DNA of 64,000 bases from Promethearchaeota archaeon (GCA_029838195.1 JALGVJ010000001.1:160001-224000), one strand, 5' to 3'. Shown: positions 31,606 through 41,392, numbered from the stretch's first letter. Numbers and translations: made by a program. Notes: a model not told the origin generated them from the sequence alone.

Positions 31606-32047
31606 AAACTTTCGGTTATTTTCGATAACGATCTCATAAAAATTTCTGCTTAATATTGTCGGAAAACATAACTTTTTTAAATATTTAAAACAAATCATTA
31701 TTTAGATTTTTAAATTATTCTTTAAAAGGGATTAAAAATTAGAAATTTAACCCATTTAAAACAAGAAAAACCTTGGTCGTTTTGGAGCCGTTCCATTAAA
31801 GAGGATATCGCTAAAAACCAACATGTGAAAGATTGCAGAAAAAAACTATTGGAATCAAATAGGTTAAAATTTCTTTAAAAAATGTTTTCTCGTTTTATTA
31901 TTTTTTTCTTTCTTATAAAGTTAAATTTTCTTTACAAGATTTAGCACGATCATGAGATAAATAAAAATAAAATCCGGTAAATGAAGTTTCATTATTCAAT
32001 AATATTTTGAAGTAAATTAATAACCATCTTGTTAAAATTTTGATTAA

Positions 32048-33448
32048 TTATTCATTCCAAATTGATTTTATACTCCAAGCATCTATTTTTTTAAATTTCA
32101 TGGCTCCGTTTTTAACTGCTATCATTAATTTGCTTTTTCTCCTAATTTTGAAAAAATACCGGGTGGTCAAACAATAAACATGATTAAAAAAAACTTCTAT
32201 TACGGAATTATCGATAAATACGTGTAGCATATTCTCTTCTTTCTTGATATCATGAGGATCAATTGAACATTCATCCTCTCCACATTGAATTTTGTTAGAA
32301 GCCAAATCCATGGTTAAAAAAACCTCCCGATTAGAAGTAATCAGTTCTGATAATTTTAATTGAAAACTTTCTTTACGAGGATTCTTAAATTGGATAATAA
32401 GTTCAACGCATTTATCTTCTATTCTTTCTATAATAGTAAGGGAATTGGAATCGATCGTGATGTTCTCAAGGTGTACGTGTCGTTCTCTCAATTTTTCAAG
32501 TTCCTTAACGGGTCTTATGAGGAGTCGATTATCACTACTTTCTCTCAATTCTCGAGGTAACGTTAAACATCCATTCCATCCCTTGATTTCTCCGCCTCCA
32601 AAAATCCACCCCCACATCAATATTCTTCCGCTTGGCTCTTTCATCGTTGCAGGAGCATACATCCACTTACCATGATCTAAAAGGTGCCATTTTCCGTGCT
32701 TGAAATCTTGATTTTTCCATGTTCCAATAGTATAAATAACCTTTTTCTTTGGAGATACGGAAACAATTAATACTCGCTTCTCCTTGCCTCCTAAGGAGAA
32801 AAAATTCGGGCATTCCCAATTTTTTCCTGTTTCTCGAGAACCATCTCCAAGACAAAGTATTTTAATGAATTTCCAATGTATTAAGTCGGAAGAACTATAT
32901 AATAAAACTACGGGCTTTTTTAATCTTTTTTTCTCTCTCACGTGCCCCGATAAAACCATGTACCATTGGTTTCCTTCTTTCCATGCATGAGGATCACGCC
33001 AATCCCAAATTTGTAGATTTCCGTGAATCTTTAACGTCATTGTAGGATTTTTTTCATGTTTGATCCACGACACCATATCATCCGTGCTAAATGCTAACCA
33101 TTGCTCGGCTCCCGTTAATTGGTCTCTCTGGTGTCCTATACTTGTATAAATGATAGTGGGGATATTGTCATTTAGCACGCACGTTCCGGAAAAACAATGT
33201 TCTTCCCCTTTCTTATGCGATGGTTTTAGAGCAATTGGTAAATGTTGCCAAAATACTAAATCTTTACTTTTAGCATGTCCCCAATGGATATTCCCCCATA
33301 TATCTCCTTCTGGATTATGCTGATAAAAAAGATGATATTCCTCTTTATAATAAATTGGACCATTTGGATCGTTGATCCAATTTGCTGGAGGAAGAAAATG
33401 ATATTTTGGACGGTGGGGATCTCTTGATAAAAGCTTGCTAACTTCCAT
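32048..33448 (-). CDS. GH32 beta-fructofuranosidase/sucrose-6-P hydrolase
   Basis: WINDPNG, HWGHA, FSG, RDP, WECP, DNSVIEVF. Confidence 0.95.
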   Translation of the reverse strand: MEVSKLLSRDPHRPKYHFLPPANWINDPNGPIYYKEEYHLFYQHNPEGDIWGNIHWGHAKSKDLVFWQHLPIALKPSHKKGEEHCFSGTCVLNDNIPTIIYTSIGHQRDQLTGAEQWLAFSTDDMVSWIKHEKNPTMTLKIHGNLQIWDWRDPHAWKEGNQWYMVLSGHVREKKRLKKPVVLLYSSSDLIHWKFIKILCLGDGSRETGKNWECPNFFSLGGKEKRVLIVSVSPKKKVIYTIGTWKNQDFKHGKWHLLDHGKWMYAPATMKEPSGRILMWGWIFGGGEIKGWNGCLTLPRELRESSDNRLLIRPVKELEKLRERHVHLENITIDSNSLTIIERIEDKCVELIIQFKNPRKESFQLKLSELITSNREVFLTMDLASNKIQCGEDECSIDPHDIKKEENMLHVFIDNSVIEVFFNHVYCLTTRYFFKIRRKSKLMIAVKNGAMKFKKIDAWSIKSIWNE

Positions 33449-33494
33449 TTCTGATTTACCCGCACCTTATTTAACTTTAAAATGTTACCCCTCT

Positions 33495-34169
33495 CTACGA
33501 ATTAAATCCATATTTACCGAGTAAAGGGACAAATCTAACGCCTGTTATGCTTTTTGTTTCAAACTTATTACCTTTCTTTTTAATCACGTATAGATTTTGC
33601 CCAAAAGATTTAGAACCTGCCGGAATGCAAAGAATTCCTCCATCACGTAATTGTTCTTTCAGGGGTTTTGGAATCTTTGAAGGAGAAGCTGCTGTCACGA
33701 GAATTTTATCATATGGTGCTTTTTCTGGATATCCCAATGTACCATCTCCGTGAATGACCGTGATTCTATCCTCATACCCAGCTAATTGAATATTTTTTAT
33801 AGCGGTTTCTGCTAAACTTTTAATACGTTCAACCGAAAAAATATGTCCCCTCTGTTCCGAATTTTCGGGTGCAATGATCTCAGCACATAAGGCCGCATGA
33901 TACCCCGAACCCGTTCCCACTTCTAATAAAATATCTCCGGGCTTTAATTCCAAGTATTCGCACATCATGGCATTCATGTGTGGTGCGCTAATAGTTTGTC
34001 CAGCTCCTATGCTTAATGGAGTATCCATGTATGCGGAAGAACGCGCATCTTCTGGAACAAACAGCTCTCGTGGTATCTTTCGCATGGCATTAATGACAGC
34101 AGGAGTTTTCAAGATTCCCCTTTTGATTAGATTATCCACTAAACGGTTTCTCTTTTCTTCAAAATTCAT
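33495..34169 (-). CDS. pcm: Protein-L-isoaspartate O-methyltransferase
   Basis: PRELF, GQTISAPHM, LEVGTGSGYHAA, GDGTLG..APYDKI.VTAA, VRFVPL. Confidence 0.97.
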   Translation of the reverse strand: MNFEEKRNRLVDNLIKRGILKTPAVINAMRKIPRELFVPEDARSSAYMDTPLSIGAGQTISAPHMNAMMCEYLELKPGDILLEVGTGSGYHAALCAEIIAPENSEQRGHIFSVERIKSLAETAIKNIQLAGYEDRITVIHGDGTLGYPEKAPYDKILVTAASPSKIPKPLKEQLRDGGILCIPAGSKSFGQNLYVIKKKGNKFETKSITGVRFVPLLGKYGFNS

Positions 34170-34513
34170 GATTAATGGTCGTAAACAAACTATATCGATA
34201 AAACGTATAAAAACATTTTTTCGTGTGTTTATAATTATAAAAACTTTATCGTTATTTAAAAATCGAGCCTTGAGAATTCTTTAAATTCCTTTTAAATAAA
34301 ATCATTAAAAGATATTAAAAGTATAAAGATTAGATATTATTTCTATTGTTTTTAAGAAGCAATTTAAAAAAATCAAAAAAAATATATTTTCAAGAAGCTT
34401 TTTCATGTTCTTTTCTTAATAAAAGAGTATATTAGGAAAAAATTGAAAGAAAAAAGAATAAAGAAAATTCCGTCGAAAAAAGAGCGTCTAAACGAATTCC
34501 AGAAAAAATACTT

Positions 34514-36001
34514 TTATTTAGTAGCTTTCAACTCTTTTAATATTATTCCAAGAGTAATAATGAAAACGGCCATGGTCGATATAATCCAAATCAATTTATA
34601 GGATTCCAAGCGTATGGAGATGATGGGCGTTTCTAATTCGTAAAATTCATGGGGGGCATTTGTCTTAACCCACGTCACTCCTAAGCACCATAATTCGCAG
34701 AATCTCTCTACTGAATCAATCGTGTATACCATGACGGGAAAATCTTGTTGATAAAAAATTCGATATTCCTCATTCGTGTAGGCGTCTCCTGTATTGATGT
34801 ATTCATATCCCGTTAATACATCCATGGCATCTTTATACATGAGCATGTTCATTATTTTTTCGTTTTTAGTTGGAATCATTATCTTACTTAGATTAATTCC
34901 TGAACGAAGGGTAGTGTCCAAAATGATTTCAAAATACTCGTCGTGATAAGGATGGTCGTTGGAGGGAGATTTCATATCAAAATCGAGATAAATATCGTGA
35001 TTTTTCGTAAATTTCAAAACTTCTGCCAAAGTGGGTATTTTTACACCCCTATATGATTCGGCTTGTTCGGGAGATATGATACCAGCGGCAATGACACCGA
35101 AAGGATCTTTATCCACGAACCAAGAACCTGCATCTAATTGCTTGAGTTCCGAAATGGTGAAATTCTCAGCAGGTTCACTAACTCTATCGGGAAAAACATC
35201 CCGAATATTTGTTGTTCTCGTAAGAGTATCATCGTGCATCAAAAAGGGAACGCCATCCTTGCTGATTTGAATATCCACTTCCCAACCCACGATACCGAAT
35301 TGAAGGGCTACTTCCGCCGCGATAAGAGTGTTTTCTGGGCCTAAAGAAGCCCCTCCTCGATGTGCAATTAAATCTGGTTTTGGAGGCAAATCGCCTTCGT
35401 GGACATTTGCCGGGATATAAAAAAAGGGTGTGGCAAAGGCAAATCCATATCCGATTAAAATACACGTGATTATAATAATGCTCTTTCCTTTGGCACGAAT
35501 GATTTTATTCGAGAGATTGGCTTTTAAATGAGGTATATTTTTAAGAAGAGGGTACACCAATAAAATAAGAATTATCTGTATGGTTAGAAAAATAAAAATG
35601 CTATAAAATTCAAAATATTGAGGAATTAATCGAGAATAGCTTCCTAACTCATCAAGGAGAAAAGAGATGAGAATATTAAAAATTAACATCAAGACGAAAG
35701 GAATGAGCTTATACATCCTTGAAAGGATGAGTTCATTTCCCTTTAGTAATTTCTTGAAACTAAAGATTAAAAATATTAAGGAATAGAGCAACGGTATCGT
35801 GAAGAGAAAATATAAAAATAAGATTAGATTAAAATTAAAACCCCACCAATCAGAGACCGTTGTGTTGATTTCTCCCCAATAAGGTCTTAAAATCCATAAA
35901 AATAACAAAAATACGCCAAAATTAATCACACAAGCAAGATAAATGATAATCCATTTTTTTCCTTTTTTATTTTTTAATTTTTCAATCAGCACGATAAACA
36001 C
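34514..36001 (-). CDS. Six-TM glycerophosphodiester phosphodiesterase, GDE2/GDE3 (GDPD5/GDPD2)-like
   Basis: 5 N-terminal TM + GDPD (AHRG, PENT, EVD, GVPFLMHD..L.RTTN) + 1 C-terminal TM; true start possibly GTG 35992 after GAGGTG. Confidence 0.85.
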   Translation of the reverse strand: MFIVLIEKLKNKKGKKWIIIYLACVINFGVFLLFLWILRPYWGEINTTVSDWWGFNFNLILFLYFLFTIPLLYSLIFLIFSFKKLLKGNELILSRMYKLIPFVLMLIFNILISFLLDELGSYSRLIPQYFEFYSIFIFLTIQIILILLVYPLLKNIPHLKANLSNKIIRAKGKSIIIITCILIGYGFAFATPFFYIPANVHEGDLPPKPDLIAHRGGASLGPENTLIAAEVALQFGIVGWEVDIQISKDGVPFLMHDDTLTRTTNIRDVFPDRVSEPAENFTISELKQLDAGSWFVDKDPFGVIAAGIISPEQAESYRGVKIPTLAEVLKFTKNHDIYLDFDMKSPSNDHPYHDEYFEIILDTTLRSGINLSKIMIPTKNEKIMNMLMYKDAMDVLTGYEYINTGDAYTNEEYRIFYQQDFPVMVYTIDSVERFCELWCLGVTWVKTNAPHEFYELETPIISIRLESYKLIWIISTMAVFIITLGIILKELKATK

Positions 36002-36026
36002 CTCTATTTTAATTCATGCGTGTTTT

Positions 36027-38072
36027 TTAATTAAATTTTGTAATGACGGCACAATGATCCGAAGCTATAGAACAATAAACGTGACTCGATTTTGCGTTCA
36101 TGTCAGGGGAACATAGAATATAATCGATTCTTTTTCTCGGGATAAAATTCTCATCAAAATGCCCGGTATAGCCCGCATTGCGTGCAGTATCTATAAAATT
36201 CATGGGTGAAGCTTTAATTAATTGATATTCCTCTGAGGTGGGTTCAAAGTTAAAATCTCCTAACCAGATCAGTTTGTTTTTATCTTTTTCTTGCTCGATC
36301 ACGGAAAGGATATAAGGAACTTGCACCAATCGATCTTGATGGTTCGTAGAGAGATGCGTAATGAATAATGTCCAGATTTCATTGCCGATTATGATTTTTG
36401 CTTTTATCATGGATCTAGGCTCTGTAGATTCTTTAGCTTGGGGGAGATGAATGATCTCAGCGGAACTGATGGGATATTTACTCAATAATGCATTACCATA
36501 ATGCTTGTAAAATGTATAACCATAAAAATAATACATGTCAAGATGATGAGCGAAATAGGAGGTTAAATCAACAAAAGATGTTTTCAAGGCTCCTAAATCT
36601 ACTTCATTCAATCCAAGAATGTCCGGATCGTTTTGTTTGATTTCTTCAGCAATTCTTTCCGGATCAAACACATCATCCACTCCAATTGCATTGTGGATGT
36701 TCCATGTCATTACAATTGGGTGCTCTCTTGGTGTGGATTCCGGAATCCTTTGAATGAGAAGACTCCCAAAAGAACCAATTAAGATAATAAAAATTATCAC
36801 GTATAAAACTTTAATGGGCATTTTCCAGTTCCAATTCAATAATTTTCGATTTAAATTTACCCGTAAATTCTTTCCCTCCATTAGGAAAATGAGGAAAGTC
36901 CCAATTAGCGAAAGGATGAATATATTATTTATCAAGAGAGATAGATATTCATACCACAAGAATTGGACTTGTAAAATGATGAAAAAGAAATTCGTAAAGA
37001 AAAAAATGACCAATCCATGATATAACTTTCTTCTATTCTGAAAAGAATAAAAAATAAAACAGTAGAAAAAGTAAATCACGAGCGAAAAAATATTAACAAT
37101 CTCCAAAATCGTTAAATAAAAGGTCGATACTCCAGGAATTGGCTCATTTTCTAAAATAAAAATCGCTAATAGATTTAAAATAAAAGATGCCCCTATAAAT
37201 GTGAATATTAGCTTTTTTAGAAACGATTGGGACTTAGTATTCATTATTTCATGAATAACATAGCTCCCTATAAATATCACGGCCGTAATGAGGAGAATAT
37301 AATATGTAAATCCATAAGAAATCCAATTTAATTTACCATTCGGAAGCAGATTGTTATAACTACGATCCAACACGTCATATGCCGAAATAGCCATGGGATT
37401 AAAAACCCAAGTTAAAATGAGCAGAAATAAAATTCCGAAAATAATGAAATGAACTAGGGAGATTTCTTGCCCTTTCCTTTCTTCCTTCTCAATGCTCTCC
37501 ATCCCTCGCTCTAGATCTTCTAATTTCTTAGGCGAAAACATGCTCCAATTCATGTACAATAAAAAACCTGAGAAAATAATAATTGGCATGATTTTTATGG
37601 AATCGAACGTCAAACTTAAAGATGCGTTTGCCATTAAAAAAACTAATTGAATACTCGCACCCACGCATCCTCCAAAAAGTAATGTTGAAAAGCCTCCCCC
37701 ATTCGCTCCCAATTCCATCAAATACATTAATTCAATGATGACTAATACAGAACTAAAAAATAAGATAAAATTGAAAATCATGAGTAAGGAAGAAATCATG
37801 AGAAATTGGACCACAATTCGAGAAATTACTACAAGATATATCAAAACATGGATTTTTAATCGAAAATTAAAAAAATTTTTGTAAAAAATCACCAGTTCCA
37901 AGATGATGCTAATAACTATAATAATAATCGTGGGTAAAATCGTGCCGATTCTACTTAAATTCATGAAAACATGTGCATTCGTATTTACCATGATATTGCT
38001 AAACGATTCCATGATGAAATAGAAAAGAATCGCTTGAAATAATAAAATCCGCACTTTTTTTTCCACGATCAT
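36027..38072 (-). CDS. Polytopic membrane protein with C-terminal EEP (exonuclease/endonuclease/phosphatase) domain, CWH43/PGAP2IP-like architecture
   Basis: ~12-13 TM then TWNIH, GLNEVD, YGNALLSKYPI, ITHLS, LGDFN, IDYI, SDH. Confidence 0.8.
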   Translation of the reverse strand: MIVEKKVRILLFQAILFYFIMESFSNIMVNTNAHVFMNLSRIGTILPTIIIIVISIILELVIFYKNFFNFRLKIHVLIYLVVISRIVVQFLMISSLLMIFNFILFFSSVLVIIELMYLMELGANGGGFSTLLFGGCVGASIQLVFLMANASLSLTFDSIKIMPIIIFSGFLLYMNWSMFSPKKLEDLERGMESIEKEERKGQEISLVHFIIFGILFLLILTWVFNPMAISAYDVLDRSYNNLLPNGKLNWISYGFTYYILLITAVIFIGSYVIHEIMNTKSQSFLKKLIFTFIGASFILNLLAIFILENEPIPGVSTFYLTILEIVNIFSLVIYFFYCFIFYSFQNRRKLYHGLVIFFFTNFFFIILQVQFLWYEYLSLLINNIFILSLIGTFLIFLMEGKNLRVNLNRKLLNWNWKMPIKVLYVIIFIILIGSFGSLLIQRIPESTPREHPIVMTWNIHNAIGVDDVFDPERIAEEIKQNDPDILGLNEVDLGALKTSFVDLTSYFAHHLDMYYFYGYTFYKHYGNALLSKYPISSAEIIHLPQAKESTEPRSMIKAKIIIGNEIWTLFITHLSTNHQDRLVQVPYILSVIEQEKDKNKLIWLGDFNFEPTSEEYQLIKASPMNFIDTARNAGYTGHFDENFIPRKRIDYILCSPDMNAKSSHVYCSIASDHCAVITKFN

Positions 38073-38194
38073 TTTTCGTCATTCCATCGCATTATTTTCA
38101 ATAATTATTAATTCGTTAAAGAACTATATAATCCTTTCGTCTCTTCTCTTGATATTGTTAATCTCAAAATACCCAAAGCATTTTCTAATCCTTC

Positions 38195-38212
38195 CTTTTT
38201 CACGTGAAAAAG
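38195..38212. promoter_or_regulatory. Perfect 18-bp palindrome CTTTTTCACGTGAAAAAG, candidate operator
   Basis: Lies in the divergent intergenic region between the EEP gene and first Isf gene. Confidence 0.4.
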
Positions 38213-38273
38213 ATATATGGAATGAATGATTTATAAAAAAAATAAAATAAATTTAAACCCCGTGAGGTGAACC

Positions 38274-38846
38274 ATGATAAAAGTCGTTTTATTTAACGGA
38301 AGCCCAAGAGCTAAAGGAAATACCTTTCAAGCTCTGGAAATCGTACGCAAGGAATTAGAAGCAGAAGGTATTGAATGTGAATACATTTGGCTTGGAAAAG
38401 AACCATTATTGCCCTGTAAGGCTTGTTTTAGATGTGCAGGAAAAAAGAAATGTAGCCAAGAAGATGACAAGTTGAATGAATACGTGAATAAAATAATAGG
38501 AGCGGATGGAATAATTATCGGAAGCCCTACTTATTTTGCCAATGTGTCGTCTACCGTGAAGGCATTTATTGACCGCGCAGGTATGGTTTCCAAAATGAAT
38601 GGAGATCTTTATAAATACAAAGTAGGTGCTGCTGTTGTCGCCGTACGTCGCCAAGGGGCTACCCATGTTTTCTCTAGCATTAATTTTTTCTTCCTAATTG
38701 CCCAAATGGTCGTGGTAGGATCTTCCTATTGGAATTTGGGAATAGGACTTGCGCCGGGAGATATTCAAAAAGATAAGGAAGGTATTGAGACTTTTAAGAA
38801 TCTGGGAGTGAACATGGCATACGTGTTGAAAAAATTGAAGAGTTAA
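38274..38846 (+). CDS. Iron-sulfur flavoprotein (Isf, NADPH-dependent FMN reductase family), copy 1
   Basis: GSPR..GNT, CKACFRCAGKKKC, GSPTYF, KAFIDR, RRQG. Confidence 0.93.
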   Translation: MIKVVLFNGSPRAKGNTFQALEIVRKELEAEGIECEYIWLGKEPLLPCKACFRCAGKKKCSQEDDKLNEYVNKIIGADGIIIGSPTYFANVSSTVKAFIDRAGMVSKMNGDLYKYKVGAAVVAVRRQGATHVFSSINFFFLIAQMVVVGSSYWNLGIGLAPGDIQKDKEGIETFKNLGVNMAYVLKKLKS

Positions 38847-38878
38847 ATCAAACATCCGCTCTTTCCATTTCTATCTAT

Positions 38879-38898
38879 TTTTTTCCACGTGGAAAAAA
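38879..38898. promoter_or_regulatory. Perfect 20-bp palindrome TTTTTTCCACGTGGAAAAAA (operator or terminator)
   Basis: Between the two Isf paralogs; same CACGTG core and T/A flanks as 38195-38212. Confidence 0.4.
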
Positions 38899-39023
38899 CC
38901 AAACATTCATTATCTTTTCTTTCCTATCATGTTTATCGGGAAATAGAACTTTATCTTTTCTTGAATTTAATTCTATAATTTATTAGAAAAGTTCTATAAA
39001 AATGAAAAGAAAATATTAATATA

Positions 39024-39599
39024 ATGGCTCTAAAAGTAATCCTTTTTAATGGAAGCTCGAGAAAAGAGGGAAATACCTATTATTGTTTAAAAATCGTGAG
39101 TGACGAATTAGAAGCAGAAGGAATCGAAACGGAGCTTATTTGGTTAGGAGAACAGCCAATTCTTCCTTGTAAGGCGTGTTATAATTGTAAAGGTAAAAAA
39201 AAATGTATTCAAGATGATGACAAGTTAAATGAATACATTAAGAAGATTTTACAAGCTGATGGGGTAATTATTGGAAGTCCGACTTATTTCGCTGATGTTT
39301 CATCTACCGTAAAAGCTTTCATCGACCGAGCAGGATTAGTCTCGAGAATGAATGGAGATCTTTATAAACATAAGGTTGGGGCAGCTGTAATTGCCGTCAG
39401 AAGAGCGGGGGCATTGCATGCTTTTTCTTCTATTAATTTTTTCTTTTTAGTGGCGCAAATGATCGTCGTGGGCTCGTCATACTGGAATTTAGGTATTGGA
39501 AGGAAACCAGGCGAAGTATTGAATGATCAAGAGGGCGTGGACACCTTTAGGACTCTTGGAAAGAATTTTAGTCGAGTTCTCAAGAAATTAAATTCATAA
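39024..39599 (+). CDS. Iron-sulfur flavoprotein (Isf), copy 2
   Basis: CKACYNCKGKKKC, GSPTYF; close tandem paralog of 38274-38846. Confidence 0.93.
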   Translation: MALKVILFNGSSRKEGNTYYCLKIVSDELEAEGIETELIWLGEQPILPCKACYNCKGKKKCIQDDDKLNEYIKKILQADGVIIGSPTYFADVSSTVKAFIDRAGLVSRMNGDLYKHKVGAAVIAVRRAGALHAFSSINFFFLVAQMIVVGSSYWNLGIGRKPGEVLNDQEGVDTFRTLGKNFSRVLKKLNS

Positions 39600-39674
39600 A
39601 CGATTTTTTTTTCTCTTTTGAATTATTTTTAAAAATAAATAACTAAAGTAAAACAATTATAAAGGAACAAGAAA

Positions 39675-40076
39675 TTGTTCGGTCGACCACGCTCTCTCGT
39701 GCTTTTATTGAAAATAGGAGGGATTGTTGAGATAATAATAGGTGGGTTGTTTCTTTTCTTATATTATTATCTCATTTGGGTTGAATATTCTCTCTTAAAC
39801 ATGATTGTTGTCATCGCTGGTGCGTTTTTATTAGGATACGGCATATTATTAATATATTCCGTGAAAAATATCCAAAAATTAAAGGTTATTCCGATACTTA
39901 ATGTATTTTTAAGAATTCTCGTTATAATTTCGCTCATCGTTCAATTATTTGTTTCTAGTGAGTTTCAAGCTTTTTTTAGTGGAAGCAATATAATTTTTTT
40001 ATTAATTCCCATTCTTTATGATCTTATTTGGTCGTTCTTAGTACTTTATTTCATGAGGAGGGTGGGGTTGCTTTAA
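39675..40076 (+). CDS. Small 4-TM membrane protein
   Basis: Four hydrophobic segments; TTG start. Confidence 0.65.
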   Translation: MFGRPRSLVLLLKIGGIVEIIIGGLFLFLYYYLIWVEYSLLNMIVVIAGAFLLGYGILLIYSVKNIQKLKVIPILNVFLRILVIISLIVQLFVSSEFQAFFSGSNIIFLLIPILYDLIWSFLVLYFMRRVGLL

Positions 40077-40107
40077 TGCTCTCATGGGGAGGCAACCACT
40101 AGAAAAG

Positions 40108-41355
40108 CTAACTTTTTGACTTAGAATAGAGGATGTCTAATTCTTTTTTAATTTGTTGAGCGATGGCTTTTGCTAAAAGAGGTGGAACTGCATTCCCAAT
40201 TTGTTTTAAGATAGAACTTTTTGTTCCCTTGAAAATAAAAGCATCATCAAAGGATTGGAGGGCTGCTAATTCGCGAGGCGTACATGTACGATCGAATTTA
40301 TAATGAACAAATACACCTCCATGGTTTTCTTTTACGGTTTTAGCCGGTTTAGTCGGGTCAAGCCTGCGCCAAGCATCACTATAATTTTTATAAACAGTTT
40401 CTCCAATAGGCGTTTCATGTAATTTTTGAATAAATTTCTTCGAATGTTTCGTGAATACATGGCTTAATTTTACATTTTCTGGCCACGTTTCATACTTTTT
40501 TAGAACATCTCCTGCAGTTTTCCAAGAATTTGGCGGAATTGAAGATTTCTTGGAAAAAGGAGCTGAATCGCAATCCTCCAAGCCCCTGGGCGGAGAACTT
40601 TCATGATGGGTTGGAGCTGGAAAGTGTATCAGCGTATTTTTATGTCGGGTCCCCAAGAATATTATTCTTTCTCTGGTTTGCGGCACGCCATAATCCGCAG
40701 CATTCAATACTTTCCATTCGACTTTATACTTGATTTCTTTTATTTTTGACAAAATGATATTTAAAAGGGGCATGAGACGTTTATCAATTTCTTGCTTGAG
40801 CTCCTTTACTTGCTTCCTTAAAGAGAAATATTCTTGTTCTTCTGCCGGATCCAATCTTCTTTGGGCTCGATATCTCTTCAAATCTTTAAATCGTTGAAGT
40901 TGTTGACAGTGGATTTTAAATTGTTGTAATTTTGGCCGTGACAGCTTCGGATCCACGTGTTTCATGTGGAGTAAACCTTTAACATTTTCCATGACGAAAA
41001 AATCAGGCTGCAAATGAGCAATAATGTCAAGAAAATCGACGTATAATCGTCCACGAGGATCATCGGGATTTCTATTACCCGAAATCGAATAAGCTTGACA
41101 AGGGGGTCCACCAATTATTACGTGAATCTTTTTATTTTTAACCCGATCGTATAATTCTTGCTTGATTTCAGGTAAGGTGATGTCTCCTTCAATTAATTGA
41201 GTAGTAACATGATTATATTTATAGGTTTCGATAGCAGGCTTCCAAAATTCATTGGCAGCAACAATATCAAAACCTGCCGCTAAAAATCCTTGACTAAACC
41301 CTCCACATCCCGCAAATAAATCGATTACATTATATTTGGTTTCAGAATGGATTAT
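40108..41355 (-). CDS. dcm: DNA (cytosine-5)-methyltransferase, full length; no ATG/GTG/TTG upstream of motif I
   Basis: Frame of ORF 40108-41013 stays open to 41358 and adds VIDLFAGCGGF (motif I), GDI and GGPPCQAYS (motif IV); ENV, QTRER, RELAALQSF, QIGNAVPP follow; candidate start ATA 41355 or ATC 41352. Confidence 0.88.
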   Translation of the reverse strand: MIHSETKYNVIDLFAGCGGFSQGFLAAGFDIVAANEFWKPAIETYKYNHVTTQLIEGDITLPEIKQELYDRVKNKKIHVIIGGPPCQAYSISGNRNPDDPRGRLYVDFLDIIAHLQPDFFVMENVKGLLHMKHVDPKLSRPKLQQFKIHCQQLQRFKDLKRYRAQRRLDPAEEQEYFSLRKQVKELKQEIDKRLMPLLNIILSKIKEIKYKVEWKVLNAADYGVPQTRERIIFLGTRHKNTLIHFPAPTHHESSPPRGLEDCDSAPFSKKSSIPPNSWKTAGDVLKKYETWPENVKLSHVFTKHSKKFIQKLHETPIGETVYKNYSDAWRRLDPTKPAKTVKENHGGVFVHYKFDRTCTPRELAALQSFDDAFIFKGTKSSILKQIGNAVPPLLAKAIAQQIKKELDILYSKSKS

Positions 41356-41392
41356 TCTTCACCCAATTTTTCTCATGAAATTATTATTGGCA

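Noticed and set aside
38274-39599. Tandem Isf (and YtcJ) duplications as a novel system
   Set aside because: Paralog expansions of these families are common in anaerobic archaea
40108-41013. Truncated or frameshifted dcm pseudogene
   Set aside because: Upstream frame is continuous with all motifs; only the start codon is atypical
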